From Eukaryota sp. TZLM1-RC (lineage: Eukaryota; Protista; Metamonada: BaSk clade), in NCBI GenBank assembly GCA_040285825.1, contig JAUPSS010000007.1:2268689-2332688 (forward strand): 64,000 nucleotides of DNA. The letters run 5' to 3'. The notes below the pieces were generated by a model. The model saw only the letters and a program-made list of their open reading frames with translations, searched no databases and had not been told where the DNA came from. The stretch's first letter is position 1; every line of letters begins with the position of its first letter. A program made the translations under genes and the position numbers. This document shows, in pieces, positions 23,791-35,542 of this stretch.

Positions 23791-25975
23791 CTGATTTTGA
23801 GAACAACGATCAACCAGTATGTCATTGATGGTCTTTGAATGCTGAAACTGAACAATCATAGTAAGAATACCTACTCTATAGTCATATTAAAATATTCACC
23901 AAACACATGTATGAAAACTAAATTTTAAAAACCAGACTTGACCCACAACATCTTGATTTGGTTGCTTTATTGATATGGACTATCTTATACAATTGAACAG
24001 AAAATTAAATTCTGTTTATCAGAGGTTAATAATGGATATGTAAAGTTCCACTAATTTTCAAAACGAACCCAAGGCAAAATCGACAGGAAAAAACTAATAC
24101 CAATGAAATTTTTGAATCTCATTTTTCAGACACAAATTGTTCAATTCTTCAAGTCAAATAACTGTAATTTCAAAGACAATGTTATCCAACAAGTTTTTGT
24201 TCAATAAACAATTCAAAAAGCATCTACATGATTGTGAGAATAACGCATGCCTGTCTTGAACTCTGATAAATCTATTCATTTCTATCAGCAGCTATGAGTA
24301 TAAGAAATAAGGTCTTCATATCTTCGACAACTTCTTGGTTTTGTTCAGGATTTTCAATGGAGAACAGAAAGAAAGAAATTTGATAAGAAATTGTCAATCG
24401 ATAGTAAGATTTTGAGTGTAACTGAAGAAAACAATCAACACCCGGAAAACCGTTTTGAAGAGTACCCTTACTCTTATTTACCCTTGTTTGACGTAATAGT
24501 GATATGACAATTCGGACTCATAGTGGAGCAAGAATTGGTTTAGAAAGATCAAATCATATTATTCAACTATTAGGATGTCCTAAATTTGCCCAATTTTCAT
24601 TTAAGATTGATCCCAATTGTAATATGAAAACATAATTCCAAAAACTATTGACAAAAACCATGAAGTTGAATAAGATCAGGACGTATTTAATAAATAAGTG
24701 GCTTCATGGTTCATTTAGTAATTCGTTTTGGTAATTCTTTTCCAAACCCATCCACCTCCCAAGGACAACACCAACTACTACTTATCTTTTACAGTGGATT
24801 TCATCCTGAATGCCCACAAGACAGGGCTCTTGTTTCTACATCGGAAAATTCTCTACTTCCTTATAGAAATTCATTCAATATTTTCCTCAATGATTGGCCG
24901 CAGTTACAGAGATGCAATTTTATTATAGAAAAGTACTTTTTCCTTACCTTGCGTGTCGGGCTCGTCAATTGGCATTCAATGTTAAGAGGAGTTTACCTAA
25001 AAATTGTCAATCCTGAACAAAAAACTTGATTCGTGCTCATTGTAGAGCTCTGGATAAAACGATTGTTTTTACCAATTATCTTCTCTCTCTTATACCAGGT
25101 GAACCCTTGGCACCCCTAGAAGCTAGTGAAATAACAAAAGGTGAGCAACCCGAAGAAGTAGTTATTTATTCTATTCTCAAGCCCTACAGAAATTTCCATT
25201 TTATTAAATCAAAAGAAAGATTCCTTTTATTTAATACGTGTAATTTTATCTTGAATATTTTTCAAAAATTTCCTGCCACTGCATCTTTACTATCTTCAAG
25301 TGATAGAATCACCTTTTCTTCAAAGAATTGGTGAGCTTTTTCTCTTTAATCTTAAAATTACACAATACTTACTCACTTTTTTTCTCATTTGCATTGTTGA
25401 AAGAAATTTAGAATAGTACCATCAACTTTTCACACAGGTTCTAAATTTCTTGAGGTACCTTCACATGTTGTCCATTGTGAAAAAATTTCCGCTTATTGAA
25501 GAGTCATTTTCCAAAACAAAGTTTATCAAAAATCGATGTTTAAAAAGCATATTGATACAATGTCCTTACAAAAAGTTTAATATCAACAGAAAATGTTTGA
25601 AAAATAGATTTAAACAATTTTTATGAAAACTAATGGTAAAGAACTGCTTTTGACCTTTGAAGGTGAAAATAAGGACTCAGAAAACACAGATGAGCTGGAT
25701 GAACTACCGAAAAAGAAACGAAGATTAAAAAAAGAAATGAAAAGTGACCCTGATGCCAACAAAATCAGAGAAATACAGTTGAAGGGTACTAAAGAATTCC
25801 CTGTCGAAGACGAAGATATCCCGTCGAATTTTTACTTGAAAGGCCCCTCATTGAACATTGATCTGGGCCAATCTAGATTATGTGGTTACTTCTTAAGTGA
25901 TAATCAATGTGGAGTTATTCGTTGTCCAACTGACAGAAGATACATGACAAAACCTTCACCCAGTAAACACTCTCC

Positions 25976-27200
25976 TCTTCGTTTGAATCCTTTTTTATAA
26001 TTCAAAAAGTTCAAAATGAATTGATTCCCAGTTTATTTTTATTAAAATCATTACAACTACAAAATCAGTTTTTAATATTCAGACACTGTATAAATTCAAT
26101 TTATGATGTACTGGCACCCCGAACAGTTCCTTATGAATGCACCACGATGGGTTTTCATCTTGGGGTTTCAGAATTTGTTGCTTATGTCAACTTAATAGGA
26201 ATGGAAGAATCAAATAATTTTGACTTAATTTATTTGCCTCATTCTTTGGGTGGATTAGGGTTTCTCCATCTGGGACAAGTTACACATATTTGCTATTCAG
26301 TTTCTGTATACTTGGCTGTACGTGATCTTGATTTAACGAATTTAATTCCAAATGATCAGTATAGGGTTTTACTATCAGCTTTATCACCTTCTTTTGCAGG
26401 TTTTGACTCGATTTGGGACAAACGAATCAAAATTTGCCAACGTCAAATCACTCATTTATTTTATAAGGAAAAATTGAGTCTTTTGAAGGAAAAACTATCA
26501 GAATGTGAACGACTACAATTTATTTCAAATTGTAACAGTCAATCATCTTGTTTTTTGAAAGTTTTGCCTATTTCTCAAAATTTTACGTTCTCAGATGATT
26601 GCTTTAAATATCTAATATATATGAGATTGCTTCAAGGATAACAATTTGTGATATGTCCTTTGTGTGGTTATGGCCTAGGCTTTGATCACTCGTTTCAATG
26701 TAGAAAAGTCTCGAGAATGGTTACACAAAGACATGACGAAGTAAATAATTTTATTAACGAACTAAATAATTTTGAATCTGAAAAGGAATTTAAATTTGGT
26801 TTAAATAAGCAGTTACGTGTTGATGGCTTTCAAACGTCAACTAAAATTGCTTTTGATGTTACCATAGTTGGAAGTTATGGTAATAATTGGAGTGATGCTT
26901 TTTCGAAAGCTTATTCTAATAAAATTGCAAAATATTCCATTTTAAAAGAATTAAATTTAATTAACCAAATTGTTCCTCTCGTTTTTAGTGTTCATGGGGG
27001 TTTTTACACTAAAACAAAAATACTGTTTGACCAATTTGGATGGAATGAGGTAGCAGATGAAATTAGTTGTATCATTTTGAAGAATAGCTTTAAATGCCAC
27101 AGTGCTTTTAATTATATACTTCAAAAGAAAAGAGAAGATCGTCAATGTTGGTAGGTAGTTTTTTTAGTGTTCAAATAGTTTCTTCTTAATTCTCAATAAA
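25976..27200 (+). mobile_element. 5'-truncated RLE non-LTR retrotransposon (family RLE-4) with 14-bp TSD
   Basis: IYLPHSLGGLG thumb motif, CPLC...H..QC knuckle, RHD, RVDG...FDVT...KIAKY...PLVFSVHG endonuclease; TSD agtaaacactctcc at 25962-25975 and 27201-27214. Confidence 0.9.
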
Positions 27201-27502
27201 AGTAAACACTCTCCCAACCTATATTCCGTTTAAAATTTCAACCAATTTTTGAAACATTTGAATTTGGTTAAGAGAAAAGTGTACTTGGAAAATAATCGCC
27301 GGAAATGGAAAATAATTAAATTTGATAAGATTTTCGAGATCTTGACGAGATCTTTGCCTAATCTTCATCTTGCTGTTGTGAAATTACAGAAATCTGTTTC
27401 AACTGGTTTTGAAGACCTGGATTTTTCTAAACGACTTAGTGTGACTAAGATTAATAATCCCGTCTTTGCTGCCTTTTTATCAGACATCCAGAATTGCACT
27501 AG

Positions 27503-28922
27503 TGTTGCCTAAAGTCTATTGTAGTAAAGAAAAGTCAATGAGGAAAAGTTGATTTATTTTCTAATCATAACACATAAGCCTTAGGGCGCCAACACTGCTT
27601 CTTCCCTTTTTCAAAATAAATCAGCTTATATGAATATGATACTAAAACTATGAACAAATAACTAAATAACTATAATTACTAAGAACTAAATACTGAATTC
27701 TACTGTTTTCTATTGTCTACAATTATCTCTGTAGTGATTGGGATTCGCGCAAGAAACTGGTTTTATATTTTTAAGATCGACAATTGATGTACTATGACTC
27801 TCCTACAATAATGTTAGTATAAGATAGTAAGCAAATAACTGAAAAGGGCCTCGTTCCAAGATCTCTGTGTTTGAATACTTTGTTGTGTATGTTTTAATCG
27901 CTACATAAAGCGCTCTGCTTCTTCCCTTTTTCGTAAACGAGAAACGTGGTAGTGTCGTTTAGTAAAGGTATCATGGAATCGAAGAATGGATTCGCTAATG
28001 ATCATGCAGGGTCTATGTTGGATCAAAACAACAGTTAACGAAGTAACAAACTTCAGAAATTTGAAGGCGGCGTCTTTTGTTGTTAAAGTACTGGCTTTAC
28101 GACTAAAAATATCAGAGGAGCAAAGACCGTATCTTTGCATTTTAGTACAATAACAGTGGAGGTGGAGTTTCTACTCGTAACCTCGTTTTTGGTCGACTTC
28201 TCTTGTGTTTGGCTCCATAAGGAAGAGAGCTGCTCGAATGAATAAAAGTCCATTGATTCGAGGTAAGGCTCTGTGTCCTTGTTAGGAGGATCCATCAATG
28301 GAGTCATCTTCTCCTTCCATCTCATCAAATTTAGATTATGTGAATTTCTTCATATTCTCCTAATGCAGAAGACGTGTCTAAGGTGGGATTTCCATCCGTT
28401 CCCTTTGAGACAGGTTCTACAATTGGGAGGGGAGAGGGAGCCAGGTCCGTTCTCGTTACCTCTTCCATTGCTTTGAGGGGAGAGGGAACCGGGTCCGTTC
28501 TCGTTACCTCATCTGTTTCTTCTTTTCTTTTGACGGGAGAGGGAGCCGGGTCCGTTCTCGTTACCTCTTCTGTTGCTGAAGATGGAGGGACCTCGTCCAC
28601 TCTTTCATCTTCTTCTACTTTAAGGGAGGGGGAGGTGGGATCCGGGTCCGTTGCCTCGTTACCCTCTATATCATGTATATGTGACGCTGGTACCTGCTGC
28701 ATATTAAGTGGGGGATTAAAGTCAGAGATATCTGGTTGGAAGATGTCTGACATGCTGTAAAGTGTCTGGAGATGTTCACTAATGCTGGAGTTATGGTATA
28801 CCTTTTGACTTTAAAATGGCCAATAATTATTGTTGCCTAAAGTCTATTGTAGTAAAGAAAAGTCAATGAGGAAAAGTTGATTTATTTTCTAATCATAACA
28901 TATAAGCCTCAGGGCGCCAACA
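27503..28922 (-). mobile_element. miniature non-autonomous LTR retroelement (TRIM-like), 92-bp LTRs, 4-bp TSD
   Basis: Direct repeats 27503-27594 and 28831-28922 (2 mismatches), each TGTTG...CAACA; TSD CTAG at 27499-27502 and 28923-28926; polypurine tract aaaaagggaagaagcag abutting the 3' LTR on the minus strand. Confidence 0.88.
28331..28753 (-). CDS. acidic Pro/Thr repeat ORF inside the mini-LTR element
   Basis: 140-aa ORF with three EVTRTD(P/L)(A/V)PSP repeats; the reading frame decays downstream. Confidence 0.4.
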   Translation of the reverse strand: MSDIFQPDISDFNPPLNMQQVPASHIHDIEGNEATDPDPTSPSLKVEEDERVDEVPPSSATEEVTRTDPAPSPVKRKEETDEVTRTDPVPSPLKAMEEVTRTDLAPSPLPIVEPVSKGTDGNPTLDTSSALGEYEEIHII

Positions 28923-30203
28923 CTAGTTTAATATCTCAGCAACCAAGGCCATTTGGTCTTCACTTATCAAATGAAGCTTGGAAAAAAAACATGCGTTTGA
29001 GATTAAGGATGTATCCAAGTGGTCTTTTGGATAATTCTGTTTGTATTTGTAACGAAAAACCGTCTGCAAATCTCCGTCATATTGTAAGTTGTAAGAAATT
29101 TCTTCAATATCGGTCAGTTCTTCATAATGCTGTTCGTGATGTGACATATGAGATGTTCAAGTGTTACAATTTTAGTTGCAAAGTAGAAGCCTTGCTGAAA
29201 CATTATAGCGATAATAATTTGTTTAATTCACGTCGAGGTGATTTAATTGCTCCTTTTGTGGATTCCTTTCAAGTTGTTGTTGATTTTACTACAGTTGATC
29301 CCTTTGCTATTATTTATCGTGGTGATGTTTTAGTTAGTTCTAATGGTCACTTGAACAAGGCTGAGGTTCGTAAACAAAACAAATATACTGAGATATTAAA
29401 TGATTTAAATAAGAACCTTTACTCGAAGTTTTCGTTGTTCCTTTTGCCTTCTCGATTTTTGGCAACATTGGACAATCTGCCTTGATTTTTCTCAATGATT
29501 TTGATAATTTATGTCGTTCATATGGAAAGAATTTTCAATGAATTTATGGAAGAATCGTATCATTTTTGCTTTGTACAGAAGTGTTCCCGAGTACTTAAAT
29601 TTAATGATGTCCAAGCTGTATAAGGATTCATCAAGAGTTGGCGTGGAGAATTTTGTTTCTTATGTGTTTTAATGTGTTTTGTTTTGTTTTGTTTCTTCGT
29701 AGAATAAATAATTCTTTTTTTAAAAAATTTGATAACCGAAGACGAAAAGAGAGCCGGTTCCGAGAGAGCCTCAACAAATTTCAAAGGCTGGCTGGACATC
29801 CTGAAAAATTCTACCTTGCTGTGGGTTCTGCTAATTTCCCTTCTCATTGCCGAAAAGTCAATTGATATGGATCAGCAAGGGCTTTTAGAAAATGGTTGTG
29901 TTATCAAAAGGACGTGAAGCACTTGTCAACCTGTGAATTTAATACAAGCAAACTATCCAGCTGTTGCATGGCCGAGAATATTAAGCAGGCTCATGGAAGA
30001 TGCGTAATTGTACTGAGTGTCAAATAGTATATGACAGAGATATTTCCGCTGCAAAAAATATTCAAATTAAAAAGAAAGCAGAATTGTGGCCGGAAAGATA
30101 CATTTGCCCATAAGCTTTGTTGAGGAAATGAAAGAAGAACCAGAGCATACAGAAACAAAAATTCTCGAAATTCTTTTGTTTTATTTTGATTTTTTTAAAA
30201 ATT

Positions 30204-30413
30204 TTTGAGACCGATCTATAAATGCCGTAGTAGCATTTGGTAGATCCAATTAGATACATCGAGTTGCGAGGGTTTGTTCTGTGAAAGCAGTAGGTGTATT
30301 TAAGTGAGGTAGCCCATTGATGAAGATCATGATTGTCTTTGTCAAATGTGTCTTACAGCCCGTGAGTAGATATAGAGAAAGTTGAAAACAGGAGTGAATT
30401 TCATAGGGGAATG
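30204..30413 (+). ncRNA. second copy of putative Fanzor omegaRNA (type B)
   Basis: Homologous to 6502-6721; several substitutions keep pairing (e.g. GATCTATAAATGC/GCATTTGGTAGATC uses U-G). Confidence 0.65.
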
Positions 30414-30498
30414 ATTTTTTTTTCTTTGTTGGTTGATAGTTAGTGTAGTAGAACTAGTTTAGTTCGGGTGAACTAGTTCAGTAATTCTAACATTGGGG

Positions 30499-31881
30499 AC
30501 ATTATAAGACTGTGTTTTAGTTCCAATTTTAATCATATATTTCGATCTACAAATCCTCTCGTCACTAGACCTTTGGCTCAAAAGTTTAATGAGTTACGTG
30601 CAAAAGTTCTGTCTCAATTACTGGGATGTAAAATGTTTCAAATTCCAGATCATGCTTACCTTAGTCCACATTATGGTGGTTTAGGGTGGACGAAGGCTTC
30701 TATTCTTACCTCGTGTGCTTTTGTTGGTGGATGCAGAAATGCAATCTTTGAGTTTTCCGAAAGATTTGCAGATTGGGAAGATTTATTGATGACAACGCAA
30801 AGTTCCACTGTTTTTGCATTAAATGAAGAAATTTCAAGAATTGATGTAGAAAAATGGGGTCGATGTTTTCCCCAATCATTCAATGGCAATATTCCAGAAA
30901 AAATGTTTTAAATTTGAAGTACACTCTTCGAACATTACAGAAAAGATTGACTGGAATGTATGAAAAAGATCTTTATAATAATATTTGCAGCTCGGCTGTT
31001 TTTAAATCAAGATCTTCACTCATTGTTATTGGAAAAGGGTGTTTGTGAAAACAAGGCGTCAGATTCTTCACTTTTGTAACCATTGTACCACGAAGATTTG
31101 GATTGTGTGCCACTAATGAAGCATTTGTAACAAAAATGAGATTATATTTGAACATCCCCATTAACCAATTATTATCAAAAGAAAAATGTATTTGTTCGAA
31201 TTCACCTCAACTCACTTTGCGCCATGCTCTAAATTGCTCTAAATTGATAACTTATCGTTCTTCATTACATGATGCTGTTAGAGACACTGTTTTCAATATG
31301 GCACAAACTGCAAGGATATCGTGTATCAAAGAGCCCCTGCTGAAGGAAACACTTTCTCTGAATAATTTTGGTTCTGATGATAGAGGTGATGTATACTGTG
31401 ATTGGATTGATAATTCTGAAGCTATTGTTGACTTTGTCTCATGTAATGTTGCAAACGATACTTTGGTTCACAGAAGAAAACTTAATCCTGTGGCTGCTCT
31501 GGATTTTTAAAGCAAAAGAAAAACATAGAAAATATGATAAGGAAATTGAAGATGCAAATGTCGATAGAAATACACAGCTGGTTTTTATTGCTTTCCCATT
31601 TTCGATAAATGGAAGATTATCAGTTGAAGCAGAAACTTTTTTGGATGACTTCCAAAAAATGGTGAAAGAAAAAACAATGAAAAGATTTGATATTTTTTTA
31701 TGGCGTTCACGGATTCAATTTGCCATTATTAATAGATTACCGCGGTTTTTCAATCGAATTAGAGAAGCTTTAGCTAGACAGCAAGCAAATCAAGATTTTG
31801 TAGAGGAAATCTTGGTTTAATGATAGTCGTCCCATTAGTTATGATTTAATTTAATCAAGTGTGCAAATTCAATAAATATAA
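30499..31881 (+). mobile_element. 5'-truncated RLE non-LTR retrotransposon (family RLE-6) with 12-bp TSD
   Basis: YLSPHYGGLG, CIC...HALNC, RSSLHDAVRD, RGD...DFV...KHRKY...FPFSING; TSD ctaacattgggg at 30487-30498 and 31882-31893. Confidence 0.88.
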
Positions 31882-31955
31882 CTAACATTGGGGGAATTCA
31901 TGTATTTTTTGAAATCATTCCCTAATCTTACTACATCAACACATTTTCATTTCCA

Positions 31956-32486
31956 ATGGGAAATGAAGGAGGCTCTGTTCCAAAGAGAAGGGAGCTCGTG
32001 AAAACCAAGTCACCTCATCAGTTAAATCCTCAACAAAGGGTTTTGGTTTGTGCCTTAAGCGCCACAGAACTCTGTACAGAAAATGCCATTTGTATTTGTA
32101 AGTTGGGTTATGTCTTTAACAAAGAGGTTGTTCTTCAAGCCATGATTGACAAAGACCCTGTTTTGAGAGAAGGTTATCCACACATTCGCAGGTTAAAGGA
32201 TCTTCGTGACATACATCCAACTCCCAGTTCACTGCAACCTGGTTTTGATAACGAATCTGACTTTATGTGCCCTATTACTAAAGTTCCCTTAACTGATTCT
32301 AATAAGTTTGTTGCATTGTTTGGGTGTGGGTGTGTCGTATCAAAGGGCTGTTTATCCAATCTAGGTAGTTCCATTTGTCCAAAATGCCAAACCAAAATTG
32401 TGGATATGATTCCTGTCTTTCCAGATGAAGATGAAAGGTCACAACTGATTGAAGAAATAATGGCCAAAAAAAGATCTGTCAAGTAG
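31956..32486 (+). CDS. RTF2: replication termination factor 2 (Rtf2 RING-like family)
   Basis: Signature N-terminus MGNEGGSVPKRRELVK, plus CALS, LGYVFNKE, FMCPIT, FVALFGCGCV and CPKC. Confidence 0.92.
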   Translation: MGNEGGSVPKRRELVKTKSPHQLNPQQRVLVCALSATELCTENAICICKLGYVFNKEVVLQAMIDKDPVLREGYPHIRRLKDLRDIHPTPSSLQPGFDNESDFMCPITKVPLTDSNKFVALFGCGCVVSKGCLSNLGSSICPKCQTKIVDMIPVFPDEDERSQLIEEIMAKKRSVK

Positions 32487-32658
32487 ATTTGCTATCATCT
32501 TTTTACATATCATTCTTGTATCTTTTGGTTTACAAGTTTGGATTTTTCACCAGTTTAATTATATTGCGTTTTAACAATATAAATAAGTGAAATAAGAAAC
32601 TTTTGATTGATAAATAAATTTAAAATGAAATTTATTAAATTACAGAAAAAAGTACAAA

Positions 32659-33087
32659 TTACAGGCAATCAGAACACAAATGATCTAGTATCCGTATTTG
32701 TGAGGTCAACTGGGCATGTGTCTTTTCAAAACGATGAATTAAATGTTCAAACTGTGTTGCAGTAGTGTAAAGTGAGTTAGACTCGGTATTTGGGACTTCT
32801 TTAAACGAAGTTGAAGCAAATGTCGCTAAGGGGGAAGTAGAACTGTACAAAATAGGAGTTGATGATGGATTCTGAGGAACTGATGAGGGATTAGATCTTG
32901 GAGGAGAAGATTCCACCATGAACGAGCCAGGAACGTAGCCTTCTCGTTGAGGAGAACTAACAGTAGTAACAAGAATCCATTCATCTTCCACTAGCTGTTG
33001 ATTTGAAGTAACCAGTTCTCCTTTTGAAACGGTAAGTTCAGATTCATCAGCTGCCTCAAAATCGTATGCAACTAAATAGTAAAACAT
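32659..33087 (-). CDS. SH3 domain protein
   Basis: VAYDFEAADESELTVSKGELV...DEW...EGYVPGSF. Confidence 0.8.
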   Translation of the reverse strand: MFYYLVAYDFEAADESELTVSKGELVTSNQQLVEDEWILVTTVSSPQREGYVPGSFMVESSPPRSNPSSVPQNPSSTPILYSSTSPLATFASTSFKEVPNTESNSLYTTATQFEHLIHRFEKTHAQLTSQIRILDHLCSDCL

Positions 33088-33129
33088 TTAGGTGAAAAAG
33101 GTGCTGCCTATTGCTAGTGCAAAGTGGAA

Positions 33130-35360
33130 ATAATTTTCTTCCAATAAATAATCTAAGTTTAACTAAACCAATTAATTTATAACTTTATCTAACGTTGATC
33201 ATGTTGATTCAGTCCCTAATTCTCACATTTCTGTTTTCTGTTTAAAAGGTATAACTGAGTCAGTCAATGGACGGACGATTTTATTTTGCAATTGTTGTAC
33301 TGCTTCAGATACCATGAGACTCCCTGTCAAAATTCCTGTCGAAACAAGCCCTACCAGTTCCATTCTTTTGTCTTTTGAATTGCGAAAATTTTATTCTCAA
33401 TTGAAGAATAATAAATGGGCCAAATCGGATTTATAGAAATTTTTTTGCAAAGAAAAAATCAACTGTACCTTCACTCAAGTTTAAAGTGGTGAGAAAAGTG
33501 TGTTCAAGAGGTCGCTATGGTTTAGCCAAGAAAGCTATTTTTGTTCTCAATTGGCCGAACCTTCAGACGAAACAATGAGGAAATTAGAAAAACTTCACCC
33601 TGTTGAAAATTTCTGTTGTCCAATCTGTAAGTTCTGGATTGATGCTCCTATTAATTCATCTGAAGTACAGGCTGCTATCATTCATCTTCCTTAAGGAAAA
33701 GCAGCAGGTCATTCTGGTATTTCATTTGATGGTCTAAAGTGAGCATGTAGAAAAGTTCCCGAAATTTGTGATGATCTTGTTGAATTTTTTCAAAATTTAG
33801 TTTGCCTCAAAAACACTCCTCCAACCGAATTATTAGCTGCTCGTTTGATCGCCTGAGTAAAACCTGGAAATGGTACGAGGCCTGATGGAATTCGTCTAAT
33901 TGCAATTGTGAATCAATTACTCGACTCTTTGCATCAATTGTTTTCAATTGTGTTTCTTCAAGGACTGAATTTTTTTGGCTCCTTTTCAATTTGGTATTAC
34001 AACAATTGAAAAGGCATCAGTTGCTGTTTTGACTTCTGATTTATTTTTTAATTCTACTAATCACTATTATATTTTTTATTTGGATTGTAAAAATGCCTTC
34101 AATTCTGTACATCGAAGTGTAGTTTATGATGTTATTCAGAAAGAATTTCCAGAATTATTCACTTATTTTTATTTATTGATGGCAAAGCAAGTGAACAAAT
34201 TTATGAATCTTCTACTCTATTCTCTTCTTCTGAACTTCAGCAAGGTGATCAGCTTGGACCATTACTTTTCTGTTTAGCAATTCACAAGTCTTTAATTCAT
34301 TTTAGTAAATATTATCCAATGTTGAAAATTGTAGGAAATATGGTTGATATCTCAATTATTGGCTTTTTTAAATGTTTTGAATAAATTTGCTTCTGACGCT
34401 TCATTTCTTACCGAAATATTGGACTTTTGATCAAAATCGACAATTGTCTCATCATTGGAAATGTCAAAGAGAGTTTAACCATTGATGCTGTTGAAATTTT
34501 TTTCAACAAACTATTTCGTAAACTATTCCTGAAATGCTTTTCGTTTCCAAGGCTGCTAACTTGGAAATGTTTCTGAAATTACCGATGGATTAAATAATGT
34601 TTTGCTGAAATTGGGTTCTCAACTTGATACAATTTCTTCTTTTGAAATAGAGAAACATAATAAGTTTTTTATCTTAAAAATTTGTTAGTTACGTAAAATT
34701 ACTCACATATTAAGAACAACTTCTCCTAATATCTCATGTGAGTTCTGCCGCTCTCCTTTAACCACTTGAGAACAAAATTTTTTGCATCTTAGATTGATGT
34801 CAATCCTGAACTAATTCGAAGTCATGTATTTTCATCATCTGATTTTGATGGTATTAATTTCAACAAATCGTCTTTTCTATGTCAAGCTGTTTCTTTTGGA
34901 GGAGGGAAGAACATTGTTTTTGAATTTTGCAACCAATTTCCTTATGATGTTGATTTACTGAATTCTACAAGTAGTAATTATTTAAGGGACCTTGAAAATG
35001 CTGTTGATTGCTTGCTCCTGACTTTTGGAGTACATGTTTCCCCGAAAAAGTACAGCAAATACCTCCTAGAACGCTAGTAAATTTGAGTTATAGTGCCAAA
35101 AAATTGCAGCAAAAATTAACAATGAGTGTTGAAGGCTTGGATTTTAATGTTCGCCTCGGCTCAGCCAAAATTGATATTCCCGCTTTCGCAAATTTTTTGT
35201 TAGATGCCCAAAATAGTTTTTCTTCTTGTTTAATTTCTTATATTCCTCAAACTTATAGTCTTCTTTTAGATGATACCACGTTTTCTTGTGCAATGCGCCT
35301 TCGATGTTTCATTTGGCCCAACAATGTGCCCCATAATTTGATTTGCAAATGTGGATAATA
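33130..35360 (+). mobile_element. degenerate RLE-3 non-LTR retrotransposon (N-terminal region, RT, start of knuckle)
   Basis: KLHPVENF, GKAAG.SG, DGIRLIAI, APFQFG, LDCKNAFNSVHR, QGDQLGP, LICKCG; many stops. Confidence 0.85.
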
Positions 35361-35542
35361 AATTTCTCCAAATCATCAAAATCAACATTGATTGTTTTTT
35401 TGTTGTTTGATTGTTTGTTTTTGTGGTGCTTAAATGAAGACAATTACATTTGGCTAAAAATTGGAAACAACAACAGCAATTTGGTTCACACATGCAACTA
35501 CTACCCTTTTTAGAAGGGAGCAGAATTTGCACTTAGTTATTT

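Larger units (their letters stand above)
27329..29724 (+). mobile_element. 5'-truncated RLE non-LTR retrotransposon (family RLE-5) with 11-bp TSD, itself interrupted by a mini-LTR element
   Basis: CICN...HIVSC knuckle, RSVLHNAVRD, RRGD...DFT...KQNKY; TSD aaatttgataa at 27318-27328 and 29725-29735. Confidence 0.88.
24728..30131 (+). pseudogene. Fanzor locus B2 (paralogue of B1), 5'-truncated and split by nested insertions
   Basis: Pieces 24728-25975, 27215-27328 and 29736-30131 are collinear with B1: NIDLGQSRLCG, AVGSANF, CEFNTSKLSSCC, CTECQIVYDRDISAAKNI. Confidence 0.85.
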
